64,000 nucleotides of DNA from a virus (lineage: Duplodnaviria; Heunggongvirae; Uroviricota; Caudoviricetes). The translations under genes and the position numbers were made by a program. The stretch lies in IMG/VR virus record IMGVR_UViG_3300031857_000009. The stretch is one strand, 5' to 3'. Each line of letters opens with the position of its first letter. The first letter of the stretch is position 1. The notes below the pieces were generated by a model. The model saw only the letters and a program-made list of their open reading frames with translations, searched no databases and was not told the origin of the DNA. Shown piece by piece: positions 8,437-18,365 of the stretch.

Positions 8437-8688
8437 TCATTTGTTATCCCTTATTATTCTTGTGATGATGTTTATGAAACCATTTAGGTTAGACATATTA
8501 TTAATAACCAAATCCAATTCCCATACATGAACATTCCAGTGTTCATCTTTAACCATGTCACTATCATCTGAAGTTAGATTAACATTATCTATATCCAAAT
8601 TATAATAGTACCATGGTTCTGTTTGTCCTTCAAGATTCCCTTCAACCTTTTCAAAACCCAAATCAATTAAATTCTGTTCTGTAATCAT
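8437..8688 (-). CDS. hypothetical protein
   Basis: 83 aa ORF, the first gene of the minus block. Confidence 0.4.
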   Translation of the reverse strand: MITEQNLIDLGFEKVEGNLEGQTEPWYYYNLDIDNVNLTSDDSDMVKDEHWNVHVWELDLVINNMSNLNGFINIITRIIRDNK

Positions 8689-9053
8689 AACGTAATATGT
8701 TTTTTTATTATATCCATTATTTCTCTTGTGAGACTACCAGCGGTTTTTGTTCCATCAATATTCCAACGAATAATCAATTCTTCTATAGAACCATATAGAA
8801 TGTTCTCTGTGTTCTTAATCCTCGCGTGTGGAACATCTTCCCCGTTTACACATTCTTCACCTTCCTTTTCCACAAATACAGGAATGATATCAAAATCAAC
8901 CATAGTATATTCCTTTAGTATATGACCATGATTCTTTACATCACCAGGGTGTAATGGGATTATTCCAATTTGGGTTGAATCGGTGGATGAGTTTATTTCA
9001 TCATACCATCTTACCATCCAATTATTATTTTCTTTATACAGTATTCCTTTCAT
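8685..9053 (-). CDS. hypothetical protein
   Basis: 122 aa ORF with a 4-nt overlap with its neighbour. Confidence 0.45.
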   Translation of the reverse strand: MKGILYKENNNWMVRWYDEINSSTDSTQIGIIPLHPGDVKNHGHILKEYTMVDFDIIPVFVEKEGEECVNGEDVPHARIKNTENILYGSIEELIIRWNIDGTKTAGSLTREIMDIIKKHITL

Positions 9054-9304
9054 TTCTTTACATGTATATCTTTAAATGAATCTATACTAACAAATTCTTC
9101 ATTAAGGTAATTTATTACATCCCTCATTGTTTGTGCTTCATTTTCTGAACCTCTTATACTTAGAGATAGTGCTCCTGATAGTATACTGGTAATTTGATTT
9201 AAAGTTATTTGAGGTTGGTCTGTAGGAGTTGAGAGATTATATATACATCTTCCATCTTTTATGGTTGTATCTATTATTACTCTATATGTAATTTCGTTAT
9301 TCAT
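9050..9304 (-). CDS. hypothetical protein
   Basis: 84 aa ORF with a 4-nt overlap with its neighbour. Confidence 0.4.
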   Translation of the reverse strand: MNNEITYRVIIDTTIKDGRCIYNLSTPTDQPQITLNQITSILSGALSLSIRGSENEAQTMRDVINYLNEEFVSIDSFKDIHVKK

Positions 9305-9334
9305 ATTATTAGTTGGAACCCCAGTTATTGTTTT

Positions 9335-9688
9335 TTAGTTATTTTCATTAATTTCCCCCAGCGATTCGTTAATCACTAAAAGTGTACCCAAAAACAAACG
9401 AATATAATCGTACATGTTTTCTATGTTACCTTCCACGTATTCATATGTATCCAATATCCTTTTAGCAAAATTAACATAGTCTTCCCTGTTTCCGTTTCTT
9501 TTAAAAGTCTCACCTTCCTCAATTACACGGGTTCCGTTATTATGACATATTTCCACGTGGGTATCAAATCGAAAATCAGGGGACTCTTCAAAGAATCTTA
9601 ATATAATAGTCATATCACCACGGCGAAGAATTTCACGGTGATTTTTATAGGTTATTCCCCTTAACAATGTAAAGTTAATTGTATCCAT
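9335..9688 (-). CDS. hypothetical protein
   Basis: 117 aa ORF. Confidence 0.45.
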   Translation of the reverse strand: MDTINFTLLRGITYKNHREILRRGDMTIILRFFEESPDFRFDTHVEICHNNGTRVIEEGETFKRNGNREDYVNFAKRILDTYEYVEGNIENMYDYIRLFLGTLLVINESLGEINENN

Positions 9689-10170
9689 TAATGATGATGC
9701 AATAATTCTTGGTAAACCTTTCCGTTTAATATATCTTTCTTCAACGCTTTATTCTCAGAATCACATATGATGAATCCCATATCCGTTCTGAATATTCTTA
9801 AGTACTTTAGATACCAACCATCGCGATAGGTTTCCAATGAGAAATACCTCCATTCACCCTCACCACCAGATTCTTCGTAGTATCTTTCCAGTAATGTGGT
9901 TAGTTCATCCTTGGTCCAAAAGAAATGTGGGTATTTGTTTATGGTAGAAATATCAGGATGTCCTTCATCATTCCAATGATATCCCACATGGAAATCCCTT
10001 GTATCCACATTAAACTTATTGTTCTTTGGACAATCCCAATCAATGTCTTTGAAGAATACCCATTTATCTTGTGGTTCCATATTATTTATTTTTTCCATTA
10101 AAATGAACCTCGGGCACCGGAACCGGGAATTTTTTCCACTATAACGACGTTTTTTGAAAATATTTTCCAC
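9688..10170 (-). CDS. hypothetical protein
   Basis: 160 aa ORF with a 1-nt overlap with its neighbours. Confidence 0.45.
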   Translation of the reverse strand: MENIFKKRRYSGKNSRFRCPRFILMEKINNMEPQDKWVFFKDIDWDCPKNNKFNVDTRDFHVGYHWNDEGHPDISTINKYPHFFWTKDELTTLLERYYEESGGEGEWRYFSLETYRDGWYLKYLRIFRTDMGFIICDSENKALKKDILNGKVYQELLHHH

Positions 10171-10361
10171 TATCGGTGGTCTTCTATTTGTTTGATGATT
10201 GAAAAGTTTATGGGGAAATAGTTCTCATCACCATCCTCGGTCTGTAAAAAATAATGGTTTCTACCTACCTCGAATTTAACCACATCGTATATTGTGTACT
10301 CAGCCCAATACTGTGTGGTTGCCGATTGTAATAAAACTTTTATGTTATAGTGTTTAAGCAT
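10170..10361 (-). CDS. hypothetical protein
   Basis: 63 aa ORF. Confidence 0.35.
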   Translation of the reverse strand: MLKHYNIKVLLQSATTQYWAEYTIYDVVKFEVGRNHYFLQTEDGDENYFPINFSIIKQIEDHR

Positions 10362-10362
10362 A

Positions 10363-10578
10363 TTATGATTCGTTTGTATTTTTTTCCCTTACTTCTATGT
10401 ACCTGTGTAAAATGATAAGACCGAGTAAACTGATAACGAAAGAAATGGTTGGAATATTTGAAATGATAAGTAAACCAAGACATATCCCATAAAGAAAATC
10501 ATTCCATCTTCTACGCAATAGGGATACTAAGATATAGAATCCGTACATTATTGATATTAAGATGGTGATGATAGCCAT
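10363..10578 (-). CDS. small membrane protein (two predicted TM helices)
   Basis: 71 aa with two hydrophobic segments and a charged C-terminus. It is holin-like in shape but not adjacent to a lysin. Confidence 0.4.
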   Translation of the reverse strand: MAIITILISIMYGFYILVSLLRRRWNDFLYGICLGLLIISNIPTISFVISLLGLIILHRYIEVREKNTNES

Positions 10579-10779
10579 GTCCTTTTGTTTTTAACAAAAA
10601 TAACCAATTAATTTGAATATTCCAAAAAATCTTAATTATTTTCTCGTAAGGTATTGTTTAATTGTTCTAAAGAGTTGTTCAATTGAATCAAACTGTAATT
10701 GTAATTCTCCATGACTCTGGCTAAACTTTCTATGGTCATTCTTAAACTTACCAACGGGTCGGCATATCCCCTTAATAAT

Positions 10780-11001
10780 TTAAAATCCTCCATCTTCGTT
10801 CTCCATATGTTTGAGATAGTCCTCGATAAAATTATCTACAATTCCCGACGACCTTTTGGTTTCAGGTACTGGTTGGTTGTTCAATCTTGATTCGTAGTAA
10901 CGAATGATTTCTGATACACTTACACCAGACCTTACACAACCATCCAACAGATTTGTGAATCGGTTTTTGGTGTCATTTAATGCTTGTTCTTTTTGTGTCA
11001 T
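10780..11001 (-). CDS. hypothetical protein
   Basis: 73 aa ORF. Confidence 0.35.
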   Translation of the reverse strand: MTQKEQALNDTKNRFTNLLDGCVRSGVSVSEIIRYYESRLNNQPVPETKRSSGIVDNFIEDYLKHMENEDGGF

Positions 11002-11191
11002 GTTCTATTACTTTTGGTTCCTGTATTCCTTTTTCTTTTAAATGTTGGATTGCCATTTCCACCGTTTCGTGTTTTCTGTAAGGAGGATTTGGTAATAACC
11101 CACAACCTTCCTTATATACAAAAACATTTTTCTGACAACCGAATGTAATAATCTTTTCCATATTGATTTTTATCCATTGGTTACACCACAC
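10973..11191 (-). CDS. hypothetical protein
   Basis: 72 aa ORF. Confidence 0.35.
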   Translation of the reverse strand: MWCNQWIKINMEKIITFGCQKNVFVYKEGCGLLPNPPYRKHETVEMAIQHLKEKGIQEPKVIEHDTKRTSIK

Positions 11192-11391
11192 TTGTGTTTG
11201 TGTTCAACATACCACATTATTCTAAAAGTACCCAAAACAAAAAAGTATGTATCAAATTCATTTATCTCATCGGTTGATTTACAAATCCCCGTGTGATATG
11301 CCGGTATTTTGGTCTCGATACTTTTAGCCGACTTAGGAAAAGTATTAAACGCAATACTATATCTCTTTGTTAGTTTGAATGATTTATACAT
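11170..11391 (-). CDS. hypothetical protein
   Basis: 73 aa ORF. Confidence 0.35.
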   Translation of the reverse strand: MYKSFKLTKRYSIAFNTFPKSAKSIETKIPAYHTGICKSTDEINEFDTYFFVLGTFRIMWYVEHKHKCGVTNG

Positions 11392-11573
11392 ATTATTCTA
11401 ATTTACTGTTAAACAATTCTATGGCCTTCTCTTTATCTTTTTCTTGAAAGATGTTATCAATAATAAACTTGGCTTCTTCCATTGTGCACTTATCTTCAAT
11501 GACATCAATGTATGTTTCTACATCAACACCCAATTCCCCCGCCATAAGTTCATCCATCAAATCATGAAACATA

Positions 11574-11762
11574 TTACTCTGATTTAGTTTCTATACCGTT
11601 TTTCCAATCTTTCCAATTATCAAAATCTTTCAGTTTTTCATAATGGTCATCTTCCATTTTTCTTGCTTCGTTTAGTATATCGTCATAAATTCCACTATAC
11701 CTCGTATCCAATTGAAGTTTGGTGATTAACCAATTTACCGGTGTTAGTTTTTCGTTACTCAT
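11574..11762 (-). CDS. hypothetical protein
   Basis: 62 aa ORF. Confidence 0.35.
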   Translation of the reverse strand: MSNEKLTPVNWLITKLQLDTRYSGIYDDILNEARKMEDDHYEKLKDFDNWKDWKNGIETKSE

Positions 11763-12597
11763 TTGTATTTTTTAATCTTTTTATTATATCGGTCATTCTT
11801 GTAAACATTTCCATACCCACAGGGATGGATAAGAGGGAAACCAAAAATTGATTTATATAAGAATACATTGCAATGGCTTCACCTTGTGTTAGTTTCACAT
11901 TTTCGTGAGTGAAAATGATTAATGATAAAACCAAGAAGATGGTCTTTACCATATTGAGTGAAGTCCAATTCTTTCCTTGTAGGGTGGATGCTGAAATCCA
12001 AATCCTTCTTCTCCTTTTAAAGAATGAATCAATCAAACCTCTATCGTTTGTGTTGAGCACATCCATTTTCTTTTCGTGTTGGTTGTGACTAATTTTTGTG
12101 GACTGAGCAATCTTACCGTAGAACTTCCATACAATAAAACAAATGAACGGAGCACATAACAATACAATAAAACCAGTAACCACGTGGGACATGAATATAA
12201 AAAACAATGTTCCAATTATGGAAAGTATTGACATTATATAATAGTGTATGTGGTGTTCCAAGAAATCCACAATACTATGTGCTAAATCCGTTCTACCCAA
12301 CCTCGTTGAGACATCCGAATCCTCTGAACTATCCAAATAGTTAAACACAATATCATTGTAGATAGATGTGTAAATCTTGGTGTCAAATACCATACGTTTA
12401 TAAATGAAAAAATTGGAGAGAGATTCTATTAAAAGAAAAACCCCAATCCAATAATACTCCTTATTCAATAAACCATCTATTGATTTACCCAACACATAGG
12501 GTTCAACCAAGAAAATGATTTGTGCAATAAAGATGTAGAAGTATATTAATAATAATGACCTCTTATATTTTTCAATAATTTTATAAACGTACCGCAA
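11755..12597 (+). CDS. ABC-exporter-like transmembrane domain protein (no ATPase domain)
   Basis: 280 aa with about six hydrophobic helices, organised like a type I ABC exporter TMD. No Walker A/B motifs. It is a plus-strand gene inside the minus block, and no competing minus ORF covers the region. Confidence 0.4.
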
Positions 12598-12727
12598 AGT
12601 GAAATGAGATTTATTTTATTCTTTATCAAAATAAGTTGTGAATAGTGATAACAACGCAATACAAACGCATAAACCGATTACGATTATTCCAACTACTTGT
12701 GCTACTGGATGTAAATTTTCCATAATA

Positions 12728-13423
12728 TTAACAATTAACTCTTACTTTGTAGGTTTTTTCGACATCGTTAGTCATATTACCCATAATCAAAATATACATT
12801 TTTTCATTTGGAATACCAAATAACGATTTAATATCACTATCGGTTGGATAAACTTCCAATTCATCCACACCAATAAACTTGACATTATCGATGAGTTCTC
12901 TCATCTCATATAATGACAAATGAACACCGTGAACAACAATGAAGTGTTTATTGGGATAAGTGTACTCACCATTTTCTTCTTCACCACATTCTACCTTACC
13001 TTCCCCATCACAGTCATCACATTCGGTTTCGTGTCCACAACAATTACACTCAACAGTCCCGTGTCCATCACATTGATAACATTCCTTATATTTTTTGTCA
13101 AACTCAGGAATCATCTTGATGTCTTCATAAACTTTTTCAAGGTCAGATACTTTAATTCTCCCGAATGGTTTTGAATCACCTTCATAAAATTTACGAAACT
13201 CAAACATGACAGGTTGGGCGTTGACACCATTACCTTTGCTGTGGTCATGTATGTTTTCATTATTAATGTAGTCGACATCATGAAACCACAACGCTTTGTA
13301 TGAGTTGGTTGAAACTACCCACCCATTTTCATAACAAACAGGTTTCATGATTGGGTCTCTCCAATCATCTTTTGACGACCAAGATTCTACGAACCTTACG
13401 TAATTTGGATTTTCTTTTATCAT
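12728..13423 (-). CDS. hypothetical protein with DnaJ-type CxxCxGxG zinc-finger repeats
   Basis: CYQCDGHG...CNCCGHE...CDDCDGEG...C motif cluster. Confidence 0.5.
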   Translation of the reverse strand: MIKENPNYVRFVESWSSKDDWRDPIMKPVCYENGWVVSTNSYKALWFHDVDYINNENIHDHSKGNGVNAQPVMFEFRKFYEGDSKPFGRIKVSDLEKVYEDIKMIPEFDKKYKECYQCDGHGTVECNCCGHETECDDCDGEGKVECGEEENGEYTYPNKHFIVVHGVHLSLYEMRELIDNVKFIGVDELEVYPTDSDIKSLFGIPNEKMYILIMGNMTNDVEKTYKVRVNC

Positions 13424-13424
13424 A

Positions 13425-14072
13425 TTAATCTAATGAATTTGGTAAATAAAGTAGTGTGGGGTTTTTCTTTTGAATATCTAATTCAGGGTATCTCTCCTTA
13501 AACTTCATCACATCAAATTTTTTGGTAATTAAGTGGTGTCCGTTCTTTGTTGGGATTACAGCCTCAACCTTTGGTCCCACCTTGTAACCAATTGGAACAC
13601 CGGCTTCATCAAATTCAACTTCAGTAAATGGTTTACATTCATATTCAATAAATGCAACCATCATTGGACTCATCTCTTTTACATCATCAACATCCACTAT
13701 CCAACGTTTCTCCTGTGTCTTTAACTGACCAACAACGCTATCAAATAATCCTTTCTGATTATGTTGTCCATTCTGAATACGTTGAGCGAGGTCAACCATC
13801 ATATTCAATGAAACATCAAAGTGATTTTGTTTTTGAACGTGGATGTATGCCCTCGCCTTAAACATCTCACACAGTTGTTTAATCTCATCGTACCTACGTT
13901 CAAGATGTTCGATACTTTCAATACAGTAAGTCTTAATTGTTCTCACCGATTGGTGATTATCTCTCTCCCCTTCGGGTTGGTCTTTCTTTCGTTTGAAAAT
14001 GTAGAGCATATAGAAGTCACCCTCGTTTTCGAAGTTGAGTAATGACTTAACTAATTCTATATTATCTATCAT
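13425..14072 (-). CDS. hypothetical protein
   Basis: 215 aa ORF. Confidence 0.5.
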   Translation of the reverse strand: MIDNIELVKSLLNFENEGDFYMLYIFKRKKDQPEGERDNHQSVRTIKTYCIESIEHLERRYDEIKQLCEMFKARAYIHVQKQNHFDVSLNMMVDLAQRIQNGQHNQKGLFDSVVGQLKTQEKRWIVDVDDVKEMSPMMVAFIEYECKPFTEVEFDEAGVPIGYKVGPKVEAVIPTKNGHHLITKKFDVMKFKERYPELDIQKKNPTLLYLPNSLD

Positions 14073-14341
14073 TACAGAGACTGTACTTTTTTCATAATCT
14101 CTGTAACTTGTTCAGGTTCTAAATAACCAAGGACATCGCTGGTTATTGGTGTTTCGTAGGTGAGGTCACCATTTTTATCTAAGACCGCAAGTTCATACAA
14201 ACCATCCTTACCACCGTAGGAGTATGTGTGAGAAACGACAGATACCCCGTATCCATTATCAAATTGTGTACGTACCTTTTTACCAACCATAAATGGGGAT
14301 TCATCGATTTGTTCGAATTCTAAATCGTTAAATGTTTTCAT
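14072..14341 (-). CDS. hypothetical protein
   Basis: 89 aa ORF. Confidence 0.45.
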   Translation of the reverse strand: MKTFNDLEFEQIDESPFMVGKKVRTQFDNGYGVSVVSHTYSYGGKDGLYELAVLDKNGDLTYETPITSDVLGYLEPEQVTEIMKKVQSL

Positions 14342-14356
14342 ATAATTAAATTAGTT

Positions 14357-14635
14357 TTATTCTGCAAGAATTGCTTCGTCAAACATACTACCATCCTCTC
14401 TTTGTTTTGTAACAATTTGAGCGTTTACTCTTACACCTGAAGAGTAAAATTCCGACATCCATTTAGATTTTGGAATTGATTCCTCATTAACAGGTATTTC
14501 TGTATATTCATCGTCGAACATTAAGATGTATCTAAAGAACCATCGGTCTTTAAATTTGTAAATTGTACCAGTGCACATAGTTTCTTTCTCTAAGTTGTTT
14601 GATTTGTATATTCTCATAGTTTGGTTTTCCTTCAC
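14357..14635 (-). CDS. hypothetical protein
   Basis: 92 aa ORF. Confidence 0.45.
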   Translation of the reverse strand: MKENQTMRIYKSNNLEKETMCTGTIYKFKDRWFFRYILMFDDEYTEIPVNEESIPKSKWMSEFYSSGVRVNAQIVTKQREDGSMFDEAILAE

Positions 14636-15059
14636 CTATTAAGTATTATCAAAGTCACAATAATTACGATAATACCAATTAATGACCAAAAAGCCATTTT
14701 TTCACTAAATTCAATTTGTTCCTTCCTCTTTCCTTGGTTGTCCATTGTATGTAGTTTTAGGTGTTTCAATCTCCCAATACCCCACGATGAAGTATTGATT
14801 ACGACCAACAGGAGAAACTTCATACTTTTTTCCACGAGCAATGGATGCATTAGTCACAACACAGTCCATTTGTTTGTATAAAACCCGTTGACCTATATAA
14901 AATGTGTTCATAGATACATAAAGATTAAAAATCCAAATCCTATACCTGCTAAGAAGTACACCAAGTTGTTCAACCAAAAGGGATATCTTTCCATAATCAC
15001 ATTTTTCTTCAAATATAAAAATTTTTTTGTGAAATCCAAAAAAATCACAAAAAAAAACA

Positions 15060-15250
15060 CCCTAATTTATCCAACTTTCAGGTGTTATGGTTGTCCCCGT
15101 TGCCGGGTTAGGAATAGACTTACAGGGGCACGTTGTTCTTTATCACCCTTTTGGTATTCCCCGCGGATAGTCAGTCCGAATAAGACGTTGTCTTATTATC
15201 AGTCCTCTACGGTTATCACACCGTTTCTCATCATGTGAGGCACACTATCC
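15060..15250. ncRNA. GC-rich structured non-coding island (candidate small RNA or 3' structure; identity unknown)
   Basis: About 190 bp of locally high GC in a ~30% GC genome, with no credible ORF. It contains the AATAAGAC-GTT-GTCTTATT hairpin, CCCC...GGGG pairings and AGTCAGTCC/ATCAGTCCTC repeats. I could not fold it as a tRNA. Confidence 0.25.
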
Positions 15251-15414
15251 GATGATTAATCGGAACGTTTCTTTAGATATTCTTTTCTTGTTCTATATTC
15301 CCCTACTTTGTAACCAGCGAGAAACCAAAGAGAGAATCCTATGTATACTAAAATAACTGTCATAATTAATTTTGATACAAATATAATGTATATTTTTTAA
15401 TATGCAAAAATATT

Positions 15415-15603
15415 TTAATTTTTTTTGAAGTGTCTTTTACTACCTTCACAAATATTGTCTTTGGAAACGTCCCATATGTTTTTTTGAACCATATGACAAG
15501 CGTGTGATTTACCCATTCGTTTAGAAAAATGGATGATGGTGTCATTATTATTATTTCTGACAACCCATGGACATTCCTTACAAGGTGAACTAGTTTTCTT
15601 CAA
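15415..15603 (-). CDS. small Cys/His-rich protein (possible zinc-binding)
   Basis: 62 aa with CKECPW...HACH...C. It competes with an overlapping 65 aa ORF that looks less protein-like. Confidence 0.3.
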   Translation of the reverse strand: MKKTSSPCKECPWVVRNNNNDTIIHFSKRMGKSHACHMVQKNIWDVSKDNICEGSKRHFKKN

Positions 15604-16174
15604 ATTTAAAAATGTCTACCTGAGAGGATTTACCCCAGTTGTCCAAAAAATCAGAGGGTTCCATGGATTCACCCTTAAAAAATATTCTATCGATGTAATC
15701 CCAGTCCCCATCAGGAAAGTCGACAGAACCGTGACAGTAGGTAAAATCTTCAATGGTTGGAACCGTTTCAGATTCAATTTCATATTCCCAAATACCACCT
15801 TTGTTTTCGTCAACACTCACATAGATATTTTCACCCTTTTCCATTGGGAATGCTCGGTGTGAAATATAATCATCCCAATCCTCATTCACTGAAGAGATTG
15901 TTTGAATATCTTCAATACCAAAAGATAGTACGTTGTTACCATTTTCATCTTCAAGTTCAAAGGTCATTGTTTGGTTATCCAATGCTTTGTTTACGTGAAA
16001 GATGTCACCATCGTAAATGTCAATATCTAAACTTTCCAAGTCAAATCTAGTTTCCCAAAGTTCATCGTACTCTTTTTCTTCTTTTAAGAGTTCAATTTGT
16101 TCAACCTGTTCGTCAGTGAGTTTTTTACCGATAAACTCGGCGCTCCATCCATAAGTTTTTAGCGTATACTTCAT
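15590..16174 (-). CDS. hypothetical acidic protein
   Basis: 194 aa ORF rich in Asp/Glu. Confidence 0.5.
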   Translation of the reverse strand: MKYTLKTYGWSAEFIGKKLTDEQVEQIELLKEEKEYDELWETRFDLESLDIDIYDGDIFHVNKALDNQTMTFELEDENGNNVLSFGIEDIQTISSVNEDWDDYISHRAFPMEKGENIYVSVDENKGGIWEYEIESETVPTIEDFTYCHGSVDFPDGDWDYIDRIFFKGESMEPSDFLDNWGKSSQVDIFKFEEN

Positions 16175-16176
16175 GT

Positions 16177-16473
16177 TTATCTTATTAATTTTACTGTTGG
16201 TATTAAAAAATCATCATAATGTTTATGAGATAAAATATCCCATGAACTTGGATGTCTTTCCTTGAATATTTCTTGTCTTTCCAAAAGTGACAGTGGTAAG
16301 GTACAATCCTCACCGAACATATACCAAAGTTCATAATCATTGATTATCCTTTGTGCAAATTCAGTAAGACTCTTGATTTTTACTTCTCTCAGGTATTCCC
16401 TATTTATACCTAAGTTATCATACCACTTGATATATTCTTGGTATGCTTCTTTGACTTTTTTGTGTACCACCAT
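16177..16473 (-). CDS. hypothetical protein
   Basis: 98 aa ORF. Confidence 0.4.
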   Translation of the reverse strand: MVVHKKVKEAYQEYIKWYDNLGINREYLREVKIKSLTEFAQRIINDYELWYMFGEDCTLPLSLLERQEIFKERHPSSWDILSHKHYDDFLIPTVKLIR

Positions 16474-16485
16474 ACAAAGATAATA

Positions 16486-16794
16486 TTAAAATTGTTGTGT
16501 TCTACCGATAAATCTTTTCGCCATCTCAACCCTAACTTCACCATTCTCCCTGTCAAATATTGGAGGTTCTACAAATTCACCCGACCTACTTTTTAAACGG
16601 TAGTATAGATTAGTTTCTTCATATTCATAGAACTGATTTTTGTTTAGGTATTTTTTTAAATCTAATATCTCCTTATCACTACAACCTTTTGAAATCAACA
16701 CCATCAACATTCTATCACAGAATGCAATAGATACTAAATTCCACTTGTAGTGTGGTTGTAAATACTCGTATACCTCAATGTTGGTGTGAAGCAT
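16486..16794 (-). CDS. hypothetical protein
   Basis: 102 aa ORF. Confidence 0.4.
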   Translation of the reverse strand: MLHTNIEVYEYLQPHYKWNLVSIAFCDRMLMVLISKGCSDKEILDLKKYLNKNQFYEYEETNLYYRLKSRSGEFVEPPIFDRENGEVRVEMAKRFIGRTQQF

Positions 16795-16920
16795 AGTGAT
16801 TTATTTTTTTCGGATGTTTTCATTGATTGCATACAAAAGTATGCAAATGATAAATAATAAAAGTACAATCATGAGTCAATATTAAGAAGAATATTTTAAA
16901 TTTCAAAATTTTTTTTGAAA

Positions 16921-17658
16921 TCACCAATAACCAATATCTTTTTTGAAATATTCTTCGTTTTCCCTATTCAAAAAGGACTTAATGATTAGTTTAATCATTC
17001 CCAAATACCCCATTTTCTTGAATCTACGGTCATCTTGACCAACGTAATGTTCGGATATTTTAAACTTTTTTGAATTGTATTTCCTACTTAAACCATAGTC
17101 TTCACTGTGTTGGTATTCCTCATTAAATTTACCTAATTCTCTAAATTTATCAGTTTTTGTCAAGAAAAAGGTACCAACAGCGAATGGACTGAATTTACTA
17201 ATAATATTATTAACGGAATTAAAACAAACGAATACCAATTTGGACTTCCAATTTTTAGATGTTGATTTTATTTTACATGTCATCAAATCCAAATCTTCCA
17301 AAATCATTTCCTCAATACAGTCGTGAATTGTAATTGAATTGAAGAATTGGATGTCAGCATCCACAAATAAAACATATTCAGTATTAACCAAATCACTCCC
17401 TAAATTTCTTGCTTCACCAACTTTACCACCGTCAATCATTTCTATCTTAAGTCTATCAGAGTACATCATAGACATATTATTGATAATCGCCCTTGTTCGG
17501 TCTGTTGAATGGTTATCAGCAATGATTACTCTTGTACCATCAATTAAAACTTGTTTGTGTATTGAGTCGAGAGTCTTCTTAATATACTTGTCTTCATTGT
17601 AACATGGAATTACAATGGTTAGTTTGTTTTTTATTTTTGTTGGTTTATAAAGTGGCAT
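16921..17658 (-). CDS. family 2 glycosyltransferase (GT-A fold)
   Basis: LTIVIPCYNEDKYIKKTLDSI N-terminus and an FVDAD DxD motif. Confidence 0.6.
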   Translation of the reverse strand: MPLYKPTKIKNKLTIVIPCYNEDKYIKKTLDSIHKQVLIDGTRVIIADNHSTDRTRAIINNMSMMYSDRLKIEMIDGGKVGEARNLGSDLVNTEYVLFVDADIQFFNSITIHDCIEEMILEDLDLMTCKIKSTSKNWKSKLVFVCFNSVNNIISKFSPFAVGTFFLTKTDKFRELGKFNEEYQHSEDYGLSRKYNSKKFKISEHYVGQDDRRFKKMGYLGMIKLIIKSFLNRENEEYFKKDIGYW

Positions 17659-18340
17659 ATCTCTGAAGTTTAAAATCCCCGTTATGATGTATTATGTAAG
17701 TATTGTTTTCTATCCAATCCCCACAATTTAAATACCTCACACCCTCAATAATTTTATCTTCAGGATTGTGTATGTGACCACATATCACAGTGTCACACTC
17801 TCTTTTTTTTGCCTGTCTAACCAGTTCTACCTCAAAACTCGTAATAAATTTAACAGCCTCTTTAACACTGTCCTTTAAAAATTTAGAAAGGGACCTCTTA
17901 TGTCCAAATTTTTTTAGAGTCCTATCTATAGAAATCGCAATATCGTAACCAATGGAACCTAAAATACCTAACCATTTTAACTTAACCACACCATCATAAA
18001 GGTCTCCATGGGTAATAAATACATTACCATATTTGTATTCATTACAAATTTCAATGTTACCAAAAGATAAGTCCGTATATTGTCTTAAAAATTCATCATG
18101 ATTACCAGTAACATAAATTACTTGAGTACCTCTTTTGGAATGTGATAATATTTTTCTTATCACATTGGTGTCGTTTTGTTTCCATCTGAACTTCCTCTGT
18201 AACATCCAACCATCTATGATATCACCAACTAAAAACAAATAAGTTGGTTCATATTTTTTTAGGACTTCAAGCACCATTTCAGAATTACTACCCTTAGTAC
18301 CAAGGTGAACATCTGAAATAAAAAGTGCATCTATTTTCAT
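17645..18340 (-). CDS. calcineurin-like metallophosphoesterase (LpxH/UDP-2,3-diacylglucosamine hydrolase-like)
   Basis: N-terminal MKIDALFISDVHLG, GDIIDGW and GNHDEF motifs. Confidence 0.55.
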   Translation of the reverse strand: MKIDALFISDVHLGTKGSNSEMVLEVLKKYEPTYLFLVGDIIDGWMLQRKFRWKQNDTNVIRKILSHSKRGTQVIYVTGNHDEFLRQYTDLSFGNIEICNEYKYGNVFITHGDLYDGVVKLKWLGILGSIGYDIAISIDRTLKKFGHKRSLSKFLKDSVKEAVKFITSFEVELVRQAKKRECDTVICGHIHNPEDKIIEGVRYLNCGDWIENNTYIIHHNGDFKLQRYATL

Positions 18341-18365
18341 ATCTATAATTATCTCAATTAAATGA

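Noticed and set aside
14888-15238. 116 aa plus-strand ORF
   Set aside because: It runs through the homopolymer-rich, GC-rich island and its translation is low complexity (KYKNFFVKSKKITKK). It is most likely non-coding.
15060-15250. tRNA or tmRNA in the GC-rich island
   Set aside because: I could not assemble a 7-bp acceptor stem with a T-loop GTTCRANYC on either strand, and no CCA-adjacent discriminator context is present. It is kept only as an unclassified structured element.
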